DNA from: a virus | Taxonomy: Duplodnaviria > Caudoviricetes | Reading direction: 5' to 3' (one strand) | IMG/VR virus record: IMGVR_UViG_3300033121_001167 | Location: 15,250-79,249 of that record | DNA: 64,000 bases | Translations under genes and position numbers: made by a program | Shown: positions 56,906 to 64,000 of the stretch, one piece after another | Layout: every line of letters starts with the position of its first letter | How positions within the stretch are numbered: position 1 is the stretch's first letter | The notes under the pieces: model-generated | What the model was told of the DNA's origin: nothing | The model's database searches: none | What the model saw: only the letters and a program-made list of their open reading frames with translations

Positions 56906-57437
56906 TCTTTTCAATTTTTGCTAAATTCGTGATCATTTTATCATATTGTAAAAATACATCGTCCATCACAAAGTTTTTACATCCAACAACCCACCTATCC
57001 TTTATTTCACGACAATAATCCAACCACTTCATAATAGGGATACAATCGTTTAAATTTTGTTGGGTCGGATATAAATGCCAAAACTGACGGACTGTATTCG
57101 GAATTTGCAAATTCTTATCTAATCGTTCATTTGTCATAAACCAAAATGCCAACTGCGCATCATAATCTTGCGTAGAATCGCTCAAATATTTTTTCTGGTA
57201 TATAGTGTTACCTCGTGAAAGAAAGTCGCTTAGAAACGAAATTTGGTACTGGTCACAATCGTTGTGATTTGTACCGACTATCCATTCCTCATACGTTTCA
57301 AGTCCATAAAAATATACAAACGAAATACGATTTTGACACCAATGCTTTTTATGATCTGAGAGTACCGGAATCCATAATGTTTTTTGATCCATGAACTTGG
57401 TAAATTGGGACTCAAGTCGTGAATCTAAGAAGTTCAT
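56886..57437 (-). CDS. family A polymerase-like protein, N-terminal (exonuclease-like) half
   Basis: IPVLSDH...NDCIPIMKWLDYC...LAKIEKNGL; in recalled homologues this runs directly into the GRPSN segment. Confidence 0.55.
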   Translation of the reverse strand: MNFLDSRLESQFTKFMDQKTLWIPVLSDHKKHWCQNRISFVYFYGLETYEEWIVGTNHNDCDQYQISFLSDFLSRGNTIYQKKYLSDSTQDYDAQLAFWFMTNERLDKNLQIPNTVRQFWHLYPTQQNLNDCIPIMKWLDYCREIKDRWVVGCKNFVMDDVFLQYDKMITNLAKIEKNGLYTI

Positions 57438-58120
57438 TTCAATCTACTATTTGTTATTTCAATATAGTCACAATTGTTATCACAGCCTTCATATCGTCTG
57501 TTTTCATTCTTTGCTGCCAATAAAAACGTACCAGACCCACAAAAGGGATCAATCACTAAATCACGGGCATTACTAAAAATCCTAACTAAGCGTTCGCCCA
57601 ATTGTAGCGGCTTTTGTGTTGGATGATTGACACGTTCACTTGACCACGGAACAATAGGTGAAATATCTGTCCATACATTGGACAATGATCTGAATTCATT
57701 TCCATTTTTCAGTCCCATCCCGCCAGTTTTTTTCTTTATAGTTGAGTATTCTTTGTTAAACGTGTATTTTGAAGTTTTTGTAAACCACAAAATGTCTTCA
57801 CGAGTTGACGTAAAATTTGTTTTAGCGCCTCTACCTTTTATTCGGTCATAAATTAACCAATTTTGCAATGTAAATCCGACTGATTCAAATTCAGTTTTAG
57901 TTTTCAAAACATTTGACCAACCACAAAAAATGATTACATTTCCAGTATCCTTTAATATTTCAAAGGATTTTTTTGCAAAATATGACCAGTCAACAATATC
58001 TGGAGCATCCCAACTATTTGATTGGTAGTTTATACCATACGGAGGATCGGTACAAATCATATCCACCGATTTGGGCAATTTTGTATTTAGGAAGTCAACG
58101 TAATCACAAGTTTCAATCAT
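57434..58120 (-). CDS. N6/N4 DNA methyltransferase (beta class)
   Basis: CTDPPYG, HPTQKP, IDPFCGSGT. Confidence 0.92.
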   Translation of the reverse strand: MIETCDYVDFLNTKLPKSVDMICTDPPYGINYQSNSWDAPDIVDWSYFAKKSFEILKDTGNVIIFCGWSNVLKTKTEFESVGFTLQNWLIYDRIKGRGAKTNFTSTREDILWFTKTSKYTFNKEYSTIKKKTGGMGLKNGNEFRSLSNVWTDISPIVPWSSERVNHPTQKPLQLGERLVRIFSNARDLVIDPFCGSGTFLLAAKNENRRYEGCDNNCDYIEITNSRLK

Positions 58121-58126
58121 TATTCA

Positions 58127-58171
58127 CAAATATACGAATATTATTTGAAGTTTCCAAATTTTTTTTGTTAA
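58127..58171 (-). promoter_or_regulatory. Bacteroidota-type promoter opening the replication module
   Basis: TTTG (58155-58158), 20 nt spacer, TATATTTG (58127-58134); GTTAAC upstream. Confidence 0.75.
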
Positions 58172-58190
58172 CGAAATCACAATGGCTGTT

Positions 58191-58760
58191 TCAACGATAA
58201 AATTCCAACGGATCAGTCAAAAATGACGCAATTCCGGGAAACTTTAGTGAGTTTGAAACTATATGTGTTAAATTTAATTGGCGAGCATCATTTTGAGGAA
58301 TTTTACTTATCACCCAATCCAGTTTTATTCGGTTCCAAATTACACCATTTATACCGGGCTTGTTTTGTGTGTTGATACCATTGTATTGCTGGACATCAAT
58401 TTCAAGAATCGTATATAAAGGATTGTTACGCTTTTGAATTAAAAATCGTTCAATTCGACCAGTCTTGTAATCATCCAACGTCGGGGTTGGTTGGTATGAA
58501 ACAGGTGTGAGTGATTTGTTGACTCCGCTTCCAGTTAACTGGTTGTATTTCAGGATGTCTTGGGTTGGATTTAACCGAAGTTCAAATAGTTCAACACTTT
58601 TTGGTTCTGGCTGAAATCCTGTAAACCGCTGGCCCGTTGGAAGTATGTGAAAACTACCAATATAAACACTACCATCTTCCAATACAAACTCATTTCCTTC
58701 CGAGTACTGTCCCGTTAGGATTTGATGAAGTGCGAAGTATGGTCTTTGGATACGGGGCAT
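58191..58760 (-). CDS. putative virion/baseplate-associated protein
   Basis: 189 aa; last gene of the structural block. Confidence 0.5.
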   Translation of the reverse strand: MPRIQRPYFALHQILTGQYSEGNEFVLEDGSVYIGSFHILPTGQRFTGFQPEPKSVELFELRLNPTQDILKYNQLTGSGVNKSLTPVSYQPTPTLDDYKTGRIERFLIQKRNNPLYTILEIDVQQYNGINTQNKPGINGVIWNRIKLDWVISKIPQNDARQLNLTHIVSNSLKFPGIASFLTDPLEFYR

Positions 58761-58897
58761 TATATGAGCGGAAATTCTTTAATTATGTCAATTGCATTAA
58801 ATGGAACTGAATTTAAGGTATAGCATCCCTCTTTGTAAAAGTTTGGGTCGGCATATATTTTAAATTCATGGCCTATTTTATTTAAGTCTATACTCAT
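58760..58897 (-). CDS. small hypothetical protein (45 aa)
   Basis: Manual translation MSIDLNKIGHEFK...; TAATG-coupled. Confidence 0.5.
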   Translation of the reverse strand: MSIDLNKIGHEFKIYADPNFYKEGCYTLNSVPFNAIDIIKEFPLI

Positions 58898-59015
58898 TTA
58901 ACTTTCGTTCAAGTAAATGGGCTTGTTCTTTCTCTTCAAATTCTTGCTCTAAGTTGAGTTCAGAATAATTAAAATATCGACGGAATTTTTCGAGCATTAC
59001 GTCTCTTAATTTCAT
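58878..59015 (-). CDS. small hypothetical protein (45 aa)
   Basis: Manual translation MKLRDVMLEKFRRY... Confidence 0.5.
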   Translation of the reverse strand: MKLRDVMLEKFRRYFNYSELNLEQEFEEKEQAHLLERKLNEYRLK

Positions 59016-59025
59016 TTAGTTGTTT

Positions 59026-61035
59026 TTAAAGTTGAATATATTGTATATTTGGGTAGTACGCAAGTATGCCTTCTATTTTTGTGACGTAATCAGACTGCTG
59101 GAACTGATGTGATGTTTTCGTGACCATGAAATATGACTTATATTGTTCACGCCATTTTCGCGGAACTTGAGTACTACTCACTGCATTTCCGGGAGTCAAT
59201 CCATACACTCCATCAATTTCCAAACTAATAGACAACCCCGGATAATGTACCGATTCATCCGTTGCTGTTTGTGGATTGTTGTGATACAATCTACCCATAA
59301 CTGATTTTAGAGCATTTATATCCTGACCATTGAATTTATTTTGACCGACATTACCCGGATTTTTAAGCAATGAGTCCTTGTCAGTTTTTGCTTTGCTATA
59401 TTCCTTCTCACGTTGTTCTTTCAATTCGTTCGTACAATTTCTAAGGGCTGAAACTGAATCTCCATTCTTAGAACTACCAACAAACATTGCGGCTTTATAT
59501 TCTTGGCTACCAACATTTGATTGGACTTCACATGTTCTGGTTGAACCATCCCCGTCAACTGGGTCAAATACAATACATTGCAACGTATCAGTTACTCCGT
59601 AGTTTTGATCTACCACTAACATTTTTTGATTGTCAGTTGGATGTTCAATTAGTCGTAATGCAATCGCTCCACCAGTACATGCGCTAATTTGGTCGGCAAC
59701 TTTTTCAAAAAAGTTTATGACGTTAATTACTTCATTTCCAGTATCTTTAACGTCAACTTGGTCTGCGTTGGCTTCTCGTTTTTGCGTCGCTTCGCTGAAT
59801 GCGGATGATATAATATCACGATGGACTAAAATATTTTGAATTTTAACATCGCCAGATGTATTACATTTTACTGCACCCAAATTTTTACAATCTGCGTCAA
59901 AATCTTTACCAGCCCCGTTTGAATTTTTATAGTTTGCGTCACCGAGTAATAATACGTTTATTGGGTCGCCCGATGTAATTCCTTGAGCAATTTTACATTT
60001 TGAATATTCAGGGTCAAATTCAATTTTTAAAATTGAAAATTCCTTTCGTTCATGTGCGACACCACAACTTAAAGATCGTAGTAATTGGTCGTTTAAAATG
60101 CGATTCACAACATAGCCAATACTAACAAATACTTGATTGTTCGCCGATTCAACCTCATTACTGGCTAAACTGGTATTTTTTACTATCCCGCCAATCCAAC
60201 CAGTGAATGTTTGCCACATTCCCCGCAAATGGTCTCCATTGTAAACTACAATTGCCGCACTTTGATCTTGAGAACCCGGACTGTAATCTTTAAATGAAGT
60301 TATCACTTCACCATCTTCCAATTCGTCAATTGATTTATCGCCGTTTTTTTGAGCATCCGACGCAATTAATTGAGCAACACCTTTTACCGAATGTTTTAAT
60401 TTATCCTGCCCAGTTAGAAAGAATAATGGACCGCTCGTTCCACTTTGCCCATTGCCATTTATCGCATTACACCCATTACAAACTACAATCTGCATGTCCA
60501 GATTTCTAATAGCAGTCCCAGAACTGACAGCGGTAAATGTTGCAATCCAGTGACCTTCACTGTTTGTATTGAAGGAAAAACTTGCAACTTTGTAATTTGT
60601 AAGTGTAGTGACTGGTTGTGGAACTCCCCATGTATTTTTATAACCAAAACTTACATCAATTTCATTTCCGGGCAATAAAAAATATTTCTGAACTTGTTCA
60701 AAATCCGTGATTGAATAACAACGTATAGTTGCAGATATTTTTCTTGCCAGTCCCCAATCCCCACCATTTTCCAAATTTACGGATTCTAAATCTGGACTTG
60801 GCTTAAAGTTTGGTCGGTATGTCGTATCCCACGTCGTTCGTTCTTTTGGTAAGTACATACTTCCTCCACCACCACAACTTTTGTCACGACCAGTAATTTG
60901 AACCCAACATGGATTTCTGACAGACGCGGATTGGCCATTCGCAGTTTGAACTTTATCAAGCAAATTACGACGGCCTTGTAATATTTTAATTACATTGCCT
61001 TCTTTTGGGTTTCTACGATATACCGATTCTGCCAT
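59026..61035 (-). CDS. putative baseplate hub (gp27-like) protein
   Basis: 669 aa; C-terminal SLEIDG...GN...FMVTKTSHQF...TKIEG pattern; follows a tailX-like gene. Confidence 0.55.
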   Translation of the reverse strand: MAESVYRRNPKEGNVIKILQGRRNLLDKVQTANGQSASVRNPCWVQITGRDKSCGGGGSMYLPKERTTWDTTYRPNFKPSPDLESVNLENGGDWGLARKISATIRCYSITDFEQVQKYFLLPGNEIDVSFGYKNTWGVPQPVTTLTNYKVASFSFNTNSEGHWIATFTAVSSGTAIRNLDMQIVVCNGCNAINGNGQSGTSGPLFFLTGQDKLKHSVKGVAQLIASDAQKNGDKSIDELEDGEVITSFKDYSPGSQDQSAAIVVYNGDHLRGMWQTFTGWIGGIVKNTSLASNEVESANNQVFVSIGYVVNRILNDQLLRSLSCGVAHERKEFSILKIEFDPEYSKCKIAQGITSGDPINVLLLGDANYKNSNGAGKDFDADCKNLGAVKCNTSGDVKIQNILVHRDIISSAFSEATQKREANADQVDVKDTGNEVINVINFFEKVADQISACTGGAIALRLIEHPTDNQKMLVVDQNYGVTDTLQCIVFDPVDGDGSTRTCEVQSNVGSQEYKAAMFVGSSKNGDSVSALRNCTNELKEQREKEYSKAKTDKDSLLKNPGNVGQNKFNGQDINALKSVMGRLYHNNPQTATDESVHYPGLSISLEIDGVYGLTPGNAVSSTQVPRKWREQYKSYFMVTKTSHQFQQSDYVTKIEGILAYYPNIQYIQL

Positions 61036-61340
61036 TAGAATTGCTTTTCGTTAAATAAAGTCTCAACATCTCCACTATTCAACGGAAATGGTATTCGCAG
61101 TCTAAACCCGATTGGAGGTTTGATTGTTGCTGCTGCCAGTTTGTTTGCTCTCGCTAAAATTACCCAATATCGTACATCTCCATAATATTCATTTGCAATG
61201 AGATCAAGACGATCACTTATTTTTGTGATGATATAAATGTCTGAACTTTTTCGTTCAAATTTGGGGTAATACAACGATTCATACCGGCGTTTTCCATCGG
61301 CAGTTTTAATTACATCAGCAAATTCTTGATAGCGTTGCAT
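61035..61340 (-). CDS. tail protein X / LysM-like baseplate protein
   Basis: DRLDLIANEYYGDVRYWVILARAN...LRIP. Confidence 0.8.
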   Translation of the reverse strand: MQRYQEFADVIKTADGKRRYESLYYPKFERKSSDIYIITKISDRLDLIANEYYGDVRYWVILARANKLAAATIKPPIGFRLRIPFPLNSGDVETLFNEKQF

Positions 61341-61390
61341 TATTTACCCACAATATGAGATTTAAGACTATTATTCGTTTGATCCAATTT

Positions 61391-61918
61391 TTAAATAAAA
61401 TATCTTGAACTTGCATCAGGTCTTCGCCCAAGACTATTTGCAAGCACTTTAATCGTCATGTTAACATCTGTATAGAGTGGCCGTAAATCTTTCCAAGGCG
61501 ATTCAGGTTTCCAATCATAAGTCAAACTTGTGATAACACCGTATCCTTTATGTAATTTTCCAATCTGGAACAATACATGAGGACTGTTGTATCCACTTCC
61601 AGTCTTATAAATCGGGTAAGTCATTCTGCCAAGTCTTGCAAGTAAAAAATCGTGATTATGTTCATGTTCTCTATCATCCAACGCAACTACAAAAAATGAT
61701 AAATTGATTTGCCGATTTGCACCACCATAGAAGACTTTGGGGTCAGCACGACCCATGTCAAAATATTCATTGTAGGATGGGCTGGAACTGTCATTGATTG
61801 AAGTTATATGTGCTTCAAAATTTAGTTTCCATTCCTGTTCCTTTAATGCTCCTACTCCCGGATCGTGTCTCCAGAAATAGAACATTTCTTTTTTAAAGTC
61901 CGAACGTGGTCTTGGCAT
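61391..61918 (-). CDS. tail tube/baseplate initiator-like protein
   Basis: FEAHITSINDS...GRAD...Y...RQINLSF...ITSLTYDW pattern; position after the TMP. Confidence 0.6.
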   Translation of the reverse strand: MPRPRSDFKKEMFYFWRHDPGVGALKEQEWKLNFEAHITSINDSSSPSYNEYFDMGRADPKVFYGGANRQINLSFFVVALDDREHEHNHDFLLARLGRMTYPIYKTGSGYNSPHVLFQIGKLHKGYGVITSLTYDWKPESPWKDLRPLYTDVNMTIKVLANSLGRRPDASSRYFI

Positions 61919-61921
61919 ATA

Positions 61922-62200
61922 TTAAGTTGCCCAATATCTAAAATGACTAATATCTACTGAATTGTATTTTCTATGTGGAGTTGAGACATCTATCAGTTTA
62001 TTCGTTGCTGGATCAAAATAACCCACTGCATACGTTGAATCTGCTTTTGAAATCAAAAATAATTGCACATTGACTGGTGGCATAGTATCAAACGATGTAA
62101 ATTTTTTTGAAATTCCAGTATTTTCTGTTAGTTCACGTTTTACTTCCATAATGAGTGGTTTGAGTAGTTTAATTGCCCGTTGCTTTTGACTTGGTGTCAT
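61922..62200 (-). CDS. 92-aa hypothetical protein, paralog A
   Basis: 74/92 identical to 62475-62753 by manual alignment. Confidence 0.75.
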   Translation of the reverse strand: MTPSQKQRAIKLLKPLIMEVKRELTENTGISKKFTSFDTMPPVNVQLFLISKADSTYAVGYFDPATNKLIDVSTPHRKYNSVDISHFRYWAT

Positions 62201-62205
62201 TTTTT

Positions 62206-62433
62206 TTATTCCTTTGTTTTTAAATATAATTTATAATCAATCCTTGAGATTGGGTTTTTGAGGTCATCCTTATGTTGTTTCCAGTATTCAATAAATTGCA
62301 ATGATAATTCTTTAAACGTATCAGCAGTCACCAAAGTTTTTCCTACTTTGGTTTTTGGATTTCTATACATGAATGACGGTTTGTCGGTTTTATAATTCAA
62401 TCCGCAGTCAAAATTTCCCCATTTAGTTGCCAT
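62206..62433 (-). CDS. hypothetical protein between the duplicates
   Basis: 75 aa ORF. Confidence 0.6.
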   Translation of the reverse strand: MATKWGNFDCGLNYKTDKPSFMYRNPKTKVGKTLVTADTFKELSLQFIEYWKQHKDDLKNPISRIDYKLYLKTKE

Positions 62434-62474
62434 TTTAATACCTTTTTAAAGTCCGAACGTGGTCTTGGCATATA

Positions 62475-62753
62475 TTAAGTTGCCCAATATCTAAAATATT
62501 TAATATCTACTGAACTATATGTTCTATGCGCATTTGCTACATCTACCAGTTTATTCGTTGCCGGATCAAAATAACCCACTGCATACGTTGAATCTGCTTT
62601 TGAAATCAAAAATAATTGCACATTGGCTGGAGGCATCGTGTCAAACGATGTAAATTTTTTAGAAATTCCGGTATTTTCGGTTAGTTCGCGTTTTACTTCC
62701 ATGATGAGTGGTTTTAAAATTTGCTTAAATTTGTTCCGTTGTCCATTTGTCAT
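62475..62753 (-). CDS. 92-aa hypothetical protein, paralog B
   Basis: Paralog of 61922-62200. Confidence 0.75.
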   Translation of the reverse strand: MTNGQRNKFKQILKPLIMEVKRELTENTGISKKFTSFDTMPPANVQLFLISKADSTYAVGYFDPATNKLVDVANAHRTYSSVDIKYFRYWAT

Positions 62754-62767
62754 TTTTTGAAATGCTC

Positions 62768-64000
62768 CTAATTGTTATTTTGTTTTCTAATTATATCCCC
62801 AACCCTTTGCCCATCCATATGGACTACGAGTTGCTGTTTTAATTGCAATTCCATAAGTTGATTCAGTTTCATAAGCAGCATTTCCACTTTTGATAAATCC
62901 CCAATCTCGTCATTGCTATAATTATCAGATGACTTTTGCTTTTCAAATTGACCCTGTTGAATATTATTTTGATTGAATTTTGGATATTCAATTTTTACAT
63001 CCTGCGCAACTGATTCCCGTTTCGGTTCCTTAACTTGAACGTCCTGTGCGACGGATTGTTTACTCGGAGCAAAAGGTTTAACAAGTGGGGTTTGAATTGG
63101 GGAAATTTTAACTTGCGTATTATCCCGCTCAACTTTTGGTTGAATTTCGGTGAGCGGTTCAATTTGGCGAGTAATTTTAGCATCAACTCCAATCTCATCA
63201 AAGTTTTTAAGTTTTTCAATATTTGTAAGATCAACATTTTCAAGAACTTTTGTCAAATCTATCAAATTTGTAACTAAACTTCCAATGGAATTCGCCACAA
63301 TATACAACGGATTTGCCAAATTTCCAACTATTTGCAAATCTTTAACAAATCCACCACTGAATAACGACTGAATTCCGCTCATTGCGTTGAGTGTGAACAT
63401 TGCACCACTGATTGAAATTAAACCAGCCGATAATCCAAAAAGTGAACTAACTGAAACTTTAGTCAATTCCATCAACGAACTGCCCAAATCAATTAGGGGT
63501 GATGGATTTAGTGACTTCATACTGGAATTTAATGTGATTAGGGAGCCAGAAAATAATATAAGAGAAACACTTGCTGCACCAATTGCCATCGCTCCGGCTA
63601 AAATTACTGGAGAAATCATCCCAAATATACCAACAGTTGCGCCAAAAGCAACAAGTGCAACACCCGCTTTTGCCAATCCTTCCCATCCAATGTTGTTAAA
63701 TTTTTCCAACGCAAACGCAAGTGGTATAAGTGATGCACCAATTGCTGCAATGGCAACCGAACCAAGTAATAACGCTGGTGAAATTCCAGACATAACACTT
63801 CCTATAACACCAAGACCAATTAGTGCAACACCCGCTTTTGCCAATCCTTCCCATCCAATGTTGTTAAATTTTTCCAACGCAAACGCAAGTGGTATAAGTG
63901 ATGCACCAATTGCTGCAATGGCAACCGAACCAAGTAATAACGCTGGTGAAATTCCAGACATAACACTTCCTATAACACCAAGACCAATTAGTGCAACACC
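62768..64000 (-). CDS. tape measure protein, 3' part (5' end outside window)
   Basis: Ala/Gly/Leu-rich helical repeats with periodic W; upstream of tube/tailX/hub genes; frame open to the edge. Confidence 0.8.
   Translation of the reverse strand, partial: GVALIGLGVIGSVMSGISPALLLGSVAIAAIGASLIPLAFALEKFNNIGWEGLAKAGVALIGLGVIGSVMSGISPALLLGSVAIAAIGASLIPLAFALEKFNNIGWEGLAKAGVALVAFGATVGIFGMISPVILAGAMAIGAASVSLILFSGSLITLNSSMKSLNPSPLIDLGSSLMELTKVSVSSLFGLSAGLISISGAMFTLNAMSGIQSLFSGGFVKDLQIVGNLANPLYIVANSIGSLVTNLIDLTKVLENVDLTNIEKLKNFDEIGVDAKITRQIEPLTEIQPKVERDNTQVKISPIQTPLVKPFAPSKQSVAQDVQVKEPKRESVAQDVKIEYPKFNQNNIQQGQFEKQKSSDNYSNDEIGDLSKVEMLLMKLNQLMELQLKQQLVVHMDGQRVGDIIRKQNNN
63654..64000 (-). repeat. perfect 168-bp (56-aa) tandem repeat in the TMP
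   Basis: Units start at 63654, 63822 and 63990; the first two are nucleotide-identical. Confidence 0.92.

Larger units (their letters stand above)
61890..62755. repeat. direct duplication, offset 553 bp
   Basis: 55 bp identical (61890-61944 = 62443-62497), including the first 10 codons of the 61391-61918 gene; the remainder is diverged paralogous ORF sequence. Confidence 0.9.

Noticed and set aside
1-64000. Plus-strand ORFs in the six-frame track (e.g. 611-1015, 41104-41793, 48768-49148)
   Set aside because: All lie antisense to well-supported minus-strand genes and show no recognisable motifs; treated as shadow ORFs.
1-64000. tRNA genes, CRISPR arrays, stop-codon reassignment
   Set aside because: No cloverleaf/T-loop signature or spaced repeat array was seen in the short intergenic gaps. 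Conserved genes are full length in the standard code, and the split genes have intervening ORFs rather than lone in-frame stops.

Overview
A 64 kb slice of a large, AT-rich (roughly one-third GC by eye), T4-like-replisome tailed phage, very probably infecting a Bacteroidota host. The host call rests on at least seven TTTG-N20/21-TAnn(T/A)TTG promoters and a DUF4494-like gene. Essentially every real gene is on the minus strand. Left to right: (1) about 1-21 kb, a glycosylation/accessory cluster with about 8 glycosyltransferase-like genes, two class I SAM methyltransferases, an NDP-sugar epimerase, an FAD oxidoreductase, an astacin-type protease and ThyX. It also holds a GC-rich FGE/C-type-lectin-fold gene whose 3' end looks like a DGR variable region, with no RT or template repeat in the window. 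(2) About 21-58 kb, DNA metabolism: PolB, sliding clamp, clamp loader, helicase, RecA/UvsX, SSB, 5'-3' exonuclease, class II RNR, dUTPase, DenV, Pnk plus RNA ligase, four N6/N4 DNA methyltransferases and a PvuII-like restriction endonuclease candidate. (3) About 58-64 kb, tail/baseplate genes and the 3' end of a tape measure gene with a perfect 168-bp tandem repeat. The most striking feature is three fractured replication genes. The clamp loader carries an atypically split intein (27 aa N / 137 aa C) around a free-standing endonuclease. NrdJ carries a canonical split intein (110/33 aa) around another endonuclease. A PolA-like gene appears cut in two by four small ORFs with no intein at all. 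All family assignments are by motif recognition from memory; no database searches were run.
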